64,000 nucleotides of DNA from Paraspadella gotoi (taxonomy: Eukaryota; Animalia; Chaetognatha): the NCBI GenBank assembly GCA_051294375.1, contig CM119266.1, positions 11,415,113 through 11,479,112 of the forward strand. The letters are read 5' to 3'. This document shows, piece after piece, positions 1 through 54,806 of the stretch (positions within the stretch are counted from its first letter, which is position 1; the number at the start of each line of letters is the position of its first letter). The position numbers and the translations under genes are program-made. The notes under the pieces are model-generated. The model saw nothing but the letters and a program-made list of their open reading frames with translations. It was not told the DNA's origin and searched no databases.

Positions 1-1183
1 ACTGAATTTAAATCGACACCCACCTTTTCTTACATCCCCAAGCCAAGCCCTCCTTACTCCACTCTCCCCTTAAACCGATTATACCTTCCCTCGGGTTGAA
101 TGTTTATTTTCATGGAATCTCCTTCCTCTTCGTTGTTGTGTCCCAGTGTTCCCTGTCTCGCCATCGCCGGGTTCAGGACCGACTCTTCCTTCCAATCGCC
201 TCATATTTTCAGGGACTCTTCCACACCCCACAAAAAAAGCAACCACAGAATCCTACATAAAATTCAGAATCAAGATTGTTTTTATTTTAATATTAGGGTT
301 TTTGGATTAAGTTATGGATTTAGTTAGGGAATAGATTAAATAGATTGAGAGTTTTAAGCTTAAAGGAATTTTAAGGATGACAGTTAAAGATTTCATTACA
401 GTTTTAGAAAAAAAATAAAATTATTTACATTAAAGTTACATATAATATTACAGATAAAGAATATAAATAGAGCGGCTGGGGTGCTTTCGGAAAAAAAATG
501 CCCAAAACTTTTCCATTTGATGATCTTGAGATAATTTCGTGAGCATCATTTTCTTTGAGTTTACAAGCGAATAAATATACTGCTTACCACAAATCATATA
601 ATTTTCATTCCAAAATTGGCTTTGTGACAGGATAAGTTGTAGTGACTAGTGAGAGGCTTCGCTTTCATTCTGACCTTCGTGTCACTTTGATATCCGGTCG
701 GACTTTCCCTCTGACAGGAAGTTCCGAGGCAAGGGGATAAAAGAAGAAAAGTCTCTCTCTCATTTCTCTCTCTCTCTCTCTCTCTCTNNNNNNNNNNNNN
801 NNNNNNNNNNNNNNNNNNNNNNNNNNNNNNNNNNNNNNNNNNNNNNNNNNNNNNNNNNNNNNNNNNNNNNNNNNNNNNNNNNNNNNNNNNNNNNNNNNNN
901 NNNNNNNNNNNNNNNNNNNNNNNNNNNNNNNNNNNNNNNNNNNNNNNNNNNNNNNNNNNNNNNNNNNNNNNNNNNNNNNNNNNNNNNNNNNNNNNNNNNN
1001 NNNNNNNNNNNNNNAAAAAAAACTCAAAAAAGCAAGAAAAAATAAGATAAGTCACTAGAAATGAGATGAGTGACAAAGACGGTCTCATCCGATATTTTTC
1101 ACGGAACATCCTTTTCTTTTTTTCTCTTCTCTAATGACGTGCGCATTTTTTCGTCCGCAAGCAGTTTTTCCGCCTTGTCGGGT

Positions 1184-1223
<40 letters not shown>

Positions 1224-3414
1224 TTTCTTCGTCCTTGACGTCGTCGTCGTATACTTTATTCTTTTTGGAGTAGGACGAGTCGAGAGGGGAGTTGTTCGCG
1301 TAATGCAACGCCAATGGTATCTGGCAGATGGAGTCGACGTTTAGAGGCAACGACGTCAACGGAAAGAAGAAAATATTCCTTTCGACGACAGAAAAAAAAA
1401 AGGGAATCGTCAACATAAATTTTTTTAAAAAAATCTTTCTTTCCTTTGCAACTCAGTTATTTTTTTCTTTACATACTTGTTTTTTCTTTTTTTTCTTCTG
1501 TATTTCCTTCCTTCATTTATTCCTTCTTTTCTTCTTTCTTTCTTTCTTCCTAATTTTCTTCAGTCTCGTCTTCACGTGATTCCTTTAATTGAAACAGCGG
1601 GACGAAGACAGGAAAACTCCTTTTATTTCTCGTTCAATCATTTTANNNNNNNNNNNNNNNNNNNNNNNNNNNNNNNNNNNNNNNNNNNNNNNNNNNNNNN
1701 NNNNNNNNNNNNNNNNNNNNNNNNNNNNNNNNNNNNNNNNNNNNNNNNNNNNNNNNNNNNNNNNNNNNNNNNNNNNNNNNNNNNNNNNNNNNNNNNNNNN
1801 NNNNNNNNNNNNNNNNNNNNNNNNNNNNNNNNNNNNNNNNNNNNNNNNNNNNNNNNNTCGTTTTCAGATTCTTGACTTCATGCGCCATGAAACGACATAA
1901 ACCCTGAATATGTGTTCAGATTATTCCCTCACCAAACCATTTCACAATCCAAAATCCTCACCAGGCCTAAACAGTTTCTTCAATCCTTCTCCCTTTTTAC
2001 AAAAAACAAAACCGACAAAAAAAGCAGGAAAAAAAAAACGAAAACAGAAAACAGAAACGACTAAAAGTAATAAATTCGTAGGGAGTCAACCGGAACAAGA
2101 TTTATTGGTCGAAANNNNNNNNNNNNNNNNNNNNNNNNNNNNNNNNNNNNNNNNNNNNNNNNNNNNNNNNAAAAAAGAAGAAGAAGAAGAAGAAGCAAAG
2201 AAAGAAGAAGAAGAAGGAAGGAAGAAAGAAGGAAAGAAGAAGAGAGGGAGAGACACGAGAGGGTTTCAGAGGAGAGAAGAGGAGAGGAGAGCAGAGAGAC
2301 GGACAGATGAAGAGAGAGATGAGAGAGCAGATGGCAGATGAATGGAAGGAACGAGTCGCAAACGGCGGTCTCGATATTTGGAACCGGAAGTTCACCAGCG
2401 ACGAGTCGCGAGCGGAAATCGCCCAAACGTGCCCACCTCGGCGCGGAGGAAGGACGACCGTAGAGAAGTGTGAGACGAGAGGAAAAGCAAAGGCAGAGAG
2501 CTCGCGAAATAGAGAGGCTAAAAGAAGGAGAATGGGTGTCAAAATAGAAAAGAAAAATGGCTAACGATAAAAATTGACAGTGTGCGATGCAAGGTTTTTA
2601 GGGAGGTTGGAGAGCCGAAGGAGGGGCGAAGAAAGAGGGAGGAAAAAGGAAGGAAAGGAACAAGAGAGGATTCGAGGAAAGAGGGAGAGGAAAGAGGAGA
2701 GAGAGAGAGATGAGAGAGAGCTAGGAGAGCGACGAGAGAGAGAGAAGAGGAGGAAACGCGAGAGAGAGAGAAGACAGATGGAGAGAGAGAGAAATTCGAT
2801 ATCTGTTCCCTTTTTTTAGGCCTCTCTTTTCCTATCTTACCTTTCTTTTTTGTCAAAGAGAAACGTTTGTTTTTTTTTCTTTTCCTTCCTTCCTCTTCCC
2901 CCTATTTTCTGGGCGCCTCACCGTTCTTATTTTAATCAAGTCTTTTGTTTACACTTTTTTTTTCCTTTGTTCGCCAGGTGGCTTCGGATCCGACCTTCTC
3001 CGCTGTGGCCGTCGTCAAGTTTGCCAACTCATCAATTCTCGAACAAAAGATTTGGTGAGTACAACACACTCAATAATAATTATAATTAGTCCCTTTTGGC
3101 ATTTAAAATTGAGAAAAAGAAAAATGGTCGAAAATAACCCTCGTCTTTTTATTCCGTGATTTTTATTCAAAACGACATAAATTAGTTGCATCGCCTCTGA
3201 CAAAGGATTTTCAGTCTTTCTATCTTCCCCGCGTTCCCAGATGCCTGTTCAGTCCCAGCAGTCCCTCGTTTACTCTGGGGGTTAAAAGTATCCCGCACAC
3301 CCGTCGTTGCTAAAAACTCATCTCAGAAGCCACAAATTTTACGCACCTCGTTACGGATTTGTAAAACATTTAAATTATAAAATCACAACATTTTTGACGA
3401 TATCTAAATATTTG

Positions 3415-23507
<20,093 letters not shown>

Positions 23508-24161
23508 CCACCTTGCTGAGAATCTGTCGTTGAGGATAGATCAGCTGGCGTCAATGAACCGTAGCACCAATTGCGTTGACCAAAACACGATTGATGATGA
23601 TTTGTTACAAACTTCTGTTTTACTACCTGATTATTTTTTTGGTCCAACTCGGTATTGGGGAATTGTACGTAAATTTTGTTAAAGAGATTCGTTTAATATT
23701 TTCTTTGGCGGGGGGATTATATTAAAAAAAGTAACGGATATAACGAATTATTTAAAAAAGTTAAACGAGAGAATTTAATCAATCTCTGAGGCTGGAACTA
23801 ATCCGATATATACTAATAAATATCTGATTTAAAACAGTTATATATGTATCCTTTTTAACCCACGTCGCCAAAGGAGGCAAAATGAGTTTTTTAATTTTTT
23901 CAGAATTCGATTCTTTGTCTTGCAGTCGTAAATCCATTCATTCCCTCTATTTTTCCTAATCGTCAAATCTGCAAATCGCTCCATTGATCCAAACTCTCAG
24001 TTTCGATCTTATTTCCATATTTCTAAATCGGAAACATTTTGTCAGCGCCAAATAGTCGACACCAATTGATTCTCTCCTGACTCAAAAACTACAAATTCGC
24101 AAAATTTCTATTTTTTATTTTAATTTTTTTTAAAGCCTCACAAAGAAATAGAAGAGTTTTC

Positions 24162-24292
<131 letters not shown>

Positions 24293-25273
24293 AGATTGGA
24301 TCACCTTCTCTTCTTGACCTTCACGAGGGAAACAAAGGAGGAAAAAAAATTGCAGCCAAGGACTCGCCTGCCCTTTTTTCTCAATCTCTTCTTATTCTTT
24401 ATCGTTGACTAAACCTTCCTTGACTTTCTTGTTTTTTAGTCAATCTTTAGATTTTATTATCCTATATTTTCTCTCGCTCTTTGTCGATATTTTATTTAAT
24501 TTGTTATTTATTTTTTCTTACTTGGTTGTCATTTTTAAATTCCATTCTTTTTTCCCCCTACATTTCGAATTTGTTTTTTATTGTCCAATTAACGTCCTAA
24601 AGAATCTATGTTTTCACTTTTCCTTTTTTTCCCTATTTTTCCTATTTTTTCTCTTTAACTCGCCCCCCCCTCACTTCCTCCATTTTCCTCATACCTTCTC
24701 TTCCTTATTTTCCCACACTCACTTCTCATTTTTCTTCGCCCTCACCAGCAATTGTCTCGCCCCCCAATGTCGCTCCAGCGTCACTCCAGCGTCACTCCAG
24801 CCTCGATTCCACGACGATTCCACGATGCTCCAGCCCATCCCCCTAATCACGTCGTCTAAACTTCCTAAACCATTTGAAAAATTCTTCCGAAAACGGAAGT
24901 TATCGAGTCAATACAAAATTTCGCGACCGATTTTCTACCAAAATAACTTTCTTTTAGCTTAGCTTAATATTTGAAAATGAAAGTTTGATATATTTTCTTC
25001 AAAAAAAGATTTTGAGATAATGAAAAAAATTTCAAATCCAGACTGTTTTCGAAAACCCGACAGTTTTTTTTTTTCTGTCCATCATTTTTGGTTTTGCAAA
25101 TTTTCTACGAATTCTAAGGGGAAAAAAAATTTTAAAATGAAATAATTTTTAGGAAAAAAAAATTTGTCTCATTTTAAAAACACTTTCTTTTAAGTTTCCA
25201 ATTCCCAGAGTTAACTCGTTTCTGTTTTTGGTTTCTTAGGAAAAAAAGGAGCTCTCTCTCTCTCCTTATCTCT

Positions 25274-25340
<67 letters not shown>

Positions 25341-25427
25341 TTGTATTTTCTTGTTTTCTCCCCCCGTCCCTCCGATTTTCCAAACCTTTTTTTAACATTT
25401 CTTTCTTTCTTTTCTTTCCATTCCCAG

Positions 25428-37315
<11,888 letters not shown>

Positions 37316-38291
37316 CGATCATCGATCCTTGCGCCGCCTCTCGGAATCGCCGCGAAATAAACTTTGAAAACAAATGATCATCGATCTCTTGATTTATTTT
37401 CTTGATTTTTATTCTCGGATGACAAAAAAAAATTATCCTACGCATTGAAAAAACAAACAATAATAAATTTTGTTGAAATTTAAACTTATTAATCAAACCT
37501 AACGAGGGAGCCAAAACCACTTGCCACTAAAGAGAAAATCCGAGCACCGGGCGAATATAAATCATTAAAAAAAAACCTCGTCGTTATTATCGTCTTTTTA
37601 TCATTTTATTTTAACGCTTTGTGATAATAATAAAACATAAAACAAACAAAAAAGACAATCGTGTATTCAGAACAATAACGCGTCGGCGTCGCGACGCCAA
37701 ACGGACGACCGCGCGTGTCTGCGTGCTCGCTCCGCTTCTTTGCGTGCGATTTGTTTTTTCATACGTGCGAGTCTGTGCGTTGCGCGCGACGTCGATTCGC
37801 CCCACTCACCATAATCGTGAATTTGCATAACCATCCAGAAAATGGCGGTGGAGTGAGAAAATAATTAAGTAAAATAATCTATTTTATCACGGTTAATCAA
37901 TTATTTTCTGTTGCAACGTTGGTCGTATAAAGGATCTCATCGTGTTCGTATGTGTATATACATATATTTATTTATTGAACGAGTCGGATTGTCTATTTTT
38001 AATCTCATATTATATACTCCGTAACGGTTGTATTCGATTGTATAAAACGTTACATGTTATGAATTATAGAGTACTAACACTCGGTTCTTGAGTTATTTCT
38101 TATTTTATTTGTGGGTCAGTAATACATATTCACGAGGTTTGTAAATTTTTAGTAAAGTCAAGTCAAGTAAAGTAGCTAAATTCAGAAGCAGTTAATTCTC
38201 AGTCTCAGCGCTTCATTAAGCGAGCTGCCCTCAAGCTCTCAAGTAGATTTGCGTTTAATCGGTTTTGAATTATTATTCCACTCCAGTCTTG

Positions 38292-38351
<60 letters not shown>

Positions 38352-38938
38352 TTTAGCTCACTCTCTCCCCCTATTTCATTTTCCTTTTTTTTTTTGTTGC
38401 GAGGATTAATTTTATACGGCCTGGGCGACCGTTATTCTCGAAGATCCTTTTCAGCCCTAGAGCCTTTTGTTCCCCTCCGGCGGCCAATAGGAGGCAGCGG
38501 CTTAGCCGATCGAGAATAAAAATGGAAACAAAAGAACAAAATCCAAACAAACGATGGATTTGGGAGAAGAGACGAAAACATCAAAGTCGGTTTAAAAAAT
38601 AGTATTATTTGTAAATATTTTTTTTCACATGGAAATTATATGCTAATAAGCCGTCATAAAAAAAGGGAGATTAGAAAGAGTGAGATTCTTGGAATATTTA
38701 CTAATAGTTAATTCTTTAAACCGAAAGATCTCCCACGTCGCCAGTATGATGGGGAAGAGAGAGAGAGAGATGAGAGGAGAGAGAGAGAGAGAGAGAGACG
38801 AGAGAGAGAGAGAGACGAGAGAGAGAGAGAGAGAGAGACTATCGGGGTATAAAAAAAACTTACCGTGGAAATAGGGTCTCGCTCTCTATTTAGACAAACA
38901 CGCACACTACTTGGCTGAATAACCACGAACTATTCAAA

Positions 38939-41663
38939 ATGTTTCGTTCAACGGTGGCGCTGGTGGCTTTAGCGTTACTAACGTGGGCGTGTCTCTCAGT
39001 TGACGCCAAGACCCTAAAGGCGGAGGACCGGAAGTTGATGGCGTCTCTGTCGAAACTTTACGAAGAGCGTCGTGCGCGAATTACGCAAAAGATAGAAAGT
39101 TTTGAAGTTCATAGGTAAGTTTAAAGGTAAGTTTAAAGGTAAGGACGTTTAGGATGAAAAGGAAACTAAGAAGAAAGATTTTTGTTGTCATCGAAATTTC
39201 ATGTTGACGTTGAAATTACCTGACATGAGAAATAATAAATAATTATCGATGATTTTATCAAAACGAATATGTCAAATGATACTCAATTTTTGTTATTTTT
39301 TAAAATATTTTATTGATGACCTTATTAAATATTCAATGGATAACTATACTGTATATTCTTTTTCATTTTCCTCCTGACAGAACCGACCGTGGGGTCACCT
39401 GTCACTGTCACTGTTTTGACGGTGACTTCTCCACACGTGGCGGCGCCCACAATCAACACGACCCTCGCCTCGGCGGAGAGCACGATCCACGGCGCCGAAA
39501 ACAAGTCGTGCCGGCGTCGACCGGCGCCGTTCGTTCTCATGCCAAGCGCCTGATCAAAGAAGCTCATCAGGCGACGCGCTCGGCGCTGACGGCGTCGGCG
39601 GCGATCGACGGGACGCTGCGGTTCCGGAAGCGTCAAGACGACGGCGGACTCGTCTGCGACTGCGAGTGTGGGAACGCCGGGTCGGGCGGACTGCCCGGCA
39701 CCGGAATCGGGCCTACGGAGGCGACGACTATGACGACGACGGAACGCGAGGAAGATGAATGTCTTCAAGGTGCGGGAGAGAGAACGAGTCAGATGCAAAA
39801 AGGAGTTTACATTAATGTTAAAAATGTAAACTCTGTCGACCGAGTGCTGTGATCTTTTTTATCACTGTTGCCTTCCCTTGTTTGACGAAAATAAATTTAC
39901 TAATATTTATTTTTGAATACTTAAACATTTAAAATAAAATTTTAAAAATCCATCAGCTGTGAACGGCGTTTGTCAGGACTTCGTTTGCGGCAACGGGCGT
40001 CACATCCCTAAATGGTGGCGCTGCGACGACGATGCCGACTGTATGGACGATTCCGACGAATCCAACTGTCCCACGACGACGACGACGACGACGACTTCGG
40101 CTCCTGGAGGATCGGGTTAGTTCGTGGGGGGAAAATGCAACGTTGAACCTGAAAGAAATATTTAAACCGATTGAATTAAAAAGAACTGAAATACGGACGG
40201 AAAGAGAGACAAACCGACAAAGGGAAAGACTGTGGCGGTATATTCACACCGCCTCACGTCCACCATCCTTCAGCCAAATACATTGGCTCAGAGGGGGAAC
40301 ACACCATCCCAGGCGTAGTGTTCCATCCACAGTCTTAACGACTTCCCTCTGCGTTGGCAAAGCGAGGCCGTCTTAGGGTAAACGCGCCAGTGACTGGATG
40401 CGTCACTGAGGGTCTGAAGCCCCCAAAGCCAACAGTGAACTGCCCCTCCCAATGGGCATCACAGGCAACCCGGCTGTTGCCATAAGACATTCATTTGAAA
40501 GATAAATCCGACAAACAAATTTTCAGACAAAACCGAGAGAAAGTTTGACAGACCAAAAGACAGAGAGGCAAACGTTTGACACACAGATATTAATTGATAT
40601 CAGTTTTACGGCTCCCCAAAACTTTTTAGGCGCCGACTCTGGCTCCGGCGCCGGTTCAAGCGGCGACGGCAATTCCACCAGCGGTGGCGACTCCAACTGC
40701 CCGTCGGGTTACGGACCCTGCGGCGCCGGGAGTGAAAGCTGCTTCCATTCGGACTGGAAGTGCGACGGTGAGAAGGACTGCGACAACGGATTCGACGAGC
40801 AAGGATGCCCGACGTCGAAGCCGCCCGACTGTTCGGACAACACGACCGACCCGTTTCCCGGCACGGGGGGAAACAAGGTGCGATTCGAATCGTCAGTGAA
40901 TCCCGATTCAGAAAATGAATTGAATTGACTTAATTCCCGTTGTTTTGTCAGGAGTGCGGGAAAAGGTTTTATAATCAAGATCTCAAAGAAAACAGGATCG
41001 TTGGTGGCGAAGAGGCGGTCCGAGGTAAGTTTATTTGTTTACTTATTTATTTTATTTATTGATAGTAGAATAGCTGATTTAAAAACTTATTTACTATTTC
41101 TTTTTGTGTAATTCATCTTAAATTAGACTTCAAGCAAGTAATTTTTAATCGTTTTGGTTTGTTTGATTTTTTTTTCAGGCGCGTATCCTTGGCAGATTTC
41201 GTTGCGACGCAACGGACATATTTGCGGCGGAACGATCATCGACCAAAGGACGATCGTGACGGCGGCGCATTGCGTCGACGCCAACCCGGCCGGGTACTCG
41301 ATCGTCGCTGGCGATTACGGGGTGAGGGAGTCGGAGAAATGGAAACCGTTATTAATAAAACACGTTGTATTTACGTATTTTCTTTCTTTTTATTTTCTCT
41401 CTATGCATCTCTCTCATTGCACATGCACTCACTATTTTTTTTAAAAGACACCGACGAGCGTTTTGTAAAATTAACCAAAAACATGCTCCAGGTGAGGTTC
41501 GAACTCACAACCTCCGCATTGCTCGCACACAGTTACTGCTTATAAGTACGGCGCGCTAACCGATTGCGCCACTGGAGCGTTGCTTCCCTTCACAGTTTTT
41601 ATTAGTAAATTCCAAATGATAATTGCCACTTTTATTAGATGATAGCTTTAACTTTGAAACACA

Positions 41664-41707
<44 letters not shown>

Positions 41708-43029
41708 GTCTTTATCTCTCTCTCTATTATAACTAAAACCCTTCTCTGCCATTCCCAGATTCGTGAGCTATCCGACTGCGCGGAGCAAGAAATCAGCCTC
41801 GCTGCCATCAAGAAACACCCCAACTACAACGCCGACACGACCCAGAACGACATCGCCATCTTGAAGCTGACCAAGAATTTGGTCTACAACAAATACGTGC
41901 AGCCCGCGTGTCTTCCGGACTCAAGCGTGAGTGGTTTTTTAGTGCAGTTATGAAGTAAATATTGTATTATGGTGGACTAAAAGCCTCCAACCGTTCATCA
42001 GTGGCCCTTGGTGCCGGTGACAAGTCATTCGCCTCCCAACCCAAAGATCCTGGGTTCTATCCCGGTGGCCGCCTTGCAGTTAAGAGGGACGGGGCGCTTA
42101 ACCCGCCTGTAACATGGTGTTACAGCCTGATCCGAAGCTCAGGGACTGCTTATATTGAACTGTTCTGTCATTAACACATGACAATAATTACTGTCTCTTC
42201 AGTTTTAAGACTTTCTTTTCGTTGCGCTTTTGTATTGAACAGAAAACAAAGTTTATTTGTTTACATACAACGGGTTTTTAGGAATAAAAAACTCTTATAA
42301 CAATTACCAATTTTAAACTCTGCCCCCCCCCCTCCTCCCTTTTTTGCCACCCCCTCACCCTGCGTTAGTACGCCTACCCGGAAGGCGATCAAGTCATTGT
42401 CTCCGGCTGGGGCTCACTCAGCCAAGGAGGCGCTGGACCTAACGTCCTCCAAGCTCTCTCCATTCCGTTGATGTCGCAGACCAAGTGCTCGACTCTCTAC
42501 CAGCAGACCAATAACAACATCACTCCCGACATGGTCTGCGCCGGGCTGGAGAAAGGTGGGTCGGGGGAGAAAGACATTTTGATTTGAATTACTTTAACAG
42601 TCAAATTAAAATTGTAGATAGTTTGATAAATATATAGCAAAATGAAAAACCCTGATTTTCTTACAATCTTTCCTCTTGAAAATTTAAAAAAAAAAAAAAG
42701 ATTAAAGGAGGCCTGAGAACAACATAGCCTGTCCAACGTCAGGGGCAAGATAGTTTTCTCTATCGAATGTATGGATAATTGGATATTAGATAATTTTATA
42801 TTGGTTGTTACAATTTCATAACGTTTTGAAATGTGGCCGTTCAATTCCTCTTCCAGGTGGCGTTGATTCCTGTCAGGGCGACTCCGGCGGTCCGTTGGTC
42901 GGAAAAGTCGCCGACAAGTACACTCTGGTGGGCGTGGTCAGTTGGGGAGCTGGGTGCGCCAACGAGAACGCGCCGGGCGTCTACGCTAGGGTCGTCTATT
43001 TCCTCCAATGGATCGCGCAAAACCGATAA
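38939..43029 (+). CDS. Secreted modular trypsin-like serine protease (S1A) with two LDL-receptor class A domains
   Basis: Nine phase-compatible exons: 38939-39114 (signal peptide [23 protein letters not shown]), 39381-39769, 39957-40115 (LDLa [33 protein letters not shown]), 40630-40877 (LDLa [19 protein letters not shown]), 40952-41024 (ECG..ENR|IVGG activation site), 41179-41321 (YPWQISL..CGG..TAAHC), 41759-41926 ([13 protein letters not shown]), 42369-42555 (SGWG..MVCAG), 42857-43029 ([21 protein letters not shown], stop). The catalytic triad is intact and the Asp at S1 implies trypsin specificity. Confidence 0.95.
40226..40490. other. Highly structured ~265-nt intronic element (candidate ncRNA or structured non-autonomous mobile element)
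   Basis: At least six perfect 5-7 bp hairpins plus two long-range closing helices (40226-35/40327-36, 10 bp; 40370-75/40483-88, 6 bp). Composition differs from the flanking intron. Confidence 0.45.
41484..41578 (-). tRNA. tRNA-Ile-TAT: tRNA-Ile(TAT) with 21-nt canonical intron, inside intron 6 of the protease (antisense)
   Basis: Minus strand reads GCTCCAGTGGCGCAATCGGTTAGCGCGCCGTACTTATA[AGCAGTAACTGTGTGCGAGCA]ATGCGGAGGTTGTGAGTTCGAACCTCACCTGGAGCA. Full cloverleaf, A and B boxes, intron at 37/38, T5 terminator just downstream. Confidence 0.95.
42001..42185 (+). mobile_element. tRNA-derived SINE-like element (Gly-CCC-like head plus hairpin-rich body) in protease intron 7
   Basis: Acceptor-like stem GTGGCC..GGCCGC, A-box-like TGGTGCCGGTG, loop CTCCCAA and B-box-like GGTTCTATCCC, followed by several perfect hairpins. 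The anticodon arm is imperfect, so it is not a functional tRNA. Confidence 0.5.
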
Positions 43030-43773
43030 AAATTGAACCCAACTCGAAAAATCTAACTTTTTTCTAATTATTAAATCTATTTAAACCTGTCTGTAAAAAC
43101 AAGGTAAATTTCATTCAACTATGAATCATTACAGCATTTGTCAGATATTGATTGAATACAATAAGCAAAACAATAGTTTTCTTTTTAGTTTAGTCACGCA
43201 ATGTTATTTAAAAGTTTATTTTCACCATAGTAAGCTGCAAAGCGACTTGACTCGGGACTCTCCGCTTTCTCCTTGAAACCTCTCTATAATATAGACTATA
43301 TAAATCTTCTTTTTTTTCTCCGTCGGGAATCCAACTAATCACAAAACAACGACGTCAAGAACGACGACGATGTCGACAACCAACCCTCTATCGCCGAAGG
43401 CATTAAATGCCAAGAAAAGACAGAAGACAAAAGAGCGGCGGCCATAAACAAAAGCGGGGGAGACGTGCAGGTGGCGGCTTAACGAGACGCAGCGGAGCCT
43501 TCATCCTCATCGATTCGAACGATCGAAGCGAAACAAAATAGCAAAGGAGGGGGGGATCGATAAAGCGAAAAAGCGAATTTATAAGCCGAAAATGAGGCGG
43601 ATATGCATCGTAATAATAACTGGTGATAACTCTTTACAAGGTTACGAGACACCGAAAAAGCCGAAAAGCCAATTGTGAGCGCAATCTCAATATATTGCAG
43701 ATTTTCTCATTGTCATCGTTAACGAGAGGCCAATAATGTTTGCCTTGTCTCCTTAATTTCTTTCATTCATTCC

Positions 43774-49724
<5,951 letters not shown>

Positions 49725-50314
49725 TGCGATAGTGCGCAACAAGAAGTGTGATCTGGGGACAAATGTTTGTTTGTTTGAGAAAGCCTTCGATTTTTAGTAA
49801 TTGCCGAAATTATGGAAGACTTTTTAGATAAATAAATACAATAAATACAATACAATAAATACATCGAGTCTGAAAAATCGAAGCGGCGCGCGCGCGTGGC
49901 CCTGCATCCTGTACATCCTTACGTCGCGCGTAACGCGAGACCTGCAGACGCGGCGGCGCGCGCGCGGAAGTAGCGAGTGTGAAGCAAATTACGAGAGAGA
50001 GCGTAGTTGTGCAAGTCTATCATCACGATTAGCTGTCCCGGGTGCGTGCTCTGCTCTCATTTACTTGACCGATTTTTTTTCTTTCACTTATCATAGAGAT
50101 ACGTTGCCCTATAGACGAGATGAACGTAGAACAGATCTTCGTCACCACGAACTCGGGCATGTCCAATCTCACATATTGAGACGGTAAGATGCGTTAAATA
50201 CAATTACGTAAGAACTTCAGATCGATCGTGCGAGACAGAGATATACAGTGTGTGCGCGCGGTCTCACGCGCAGTCGGAGTCTGAGGTGTGCGGAGAGTGC
50301 GGGCGCGATCCTTA

Positions 50315-54370
<4,056 letters not shown>

Positions 54371-54717
54371 ACAGCCATTATTCTCGAAATCGTCCGACTT
54401 CATAGATTCGAAGAAAGAAAGTTTTCCTCCATTGACGGTTGCGGAGTCGATACAAATCATTATGAGATGGAGAGGGGCGAAGTCTGCAACATCTATTCCT
54501 TAGCTATCCCTTTAGCTGCTTATCTGAATCCCGAAAGGTACTAGACGACATCTTCACCAGGGACTCTTTGGTTTGCCCATGATTTCCTGATGGACGCTAC
54601 GGGATCAAAGCGACATTCAGTGTCCATTAATACGAATAAAGTATACAGATTAAAAATAATAACCATTGATCATTCCGACGACAGATTCAAAGACGAAAAT
54701 TTTAGTATATCGGGGAT

Positions 54718-54806
<89 letters not shown>

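Noticed and set aside
1099-1416. Acidic ORF downstream of TMEM63
   Set aside because: Driven by a (GAC)n repeat, with no convincing splice sites or homology.
40430-40490. HDV-like ribozyme (CCC-TCCCAAT-GGG followed by GG and a P4-like hairpin)
   Set aside because: No matching P1 or P2 partner strands could be found. It is kept only as part of the larger structured element.
42001-42072. Functional tRNA-Gly(CCC)
   Set aside because: The anticodon and D stems do not pair properly and the T-loop is TTCTAT, so it is treated as a SINE head.
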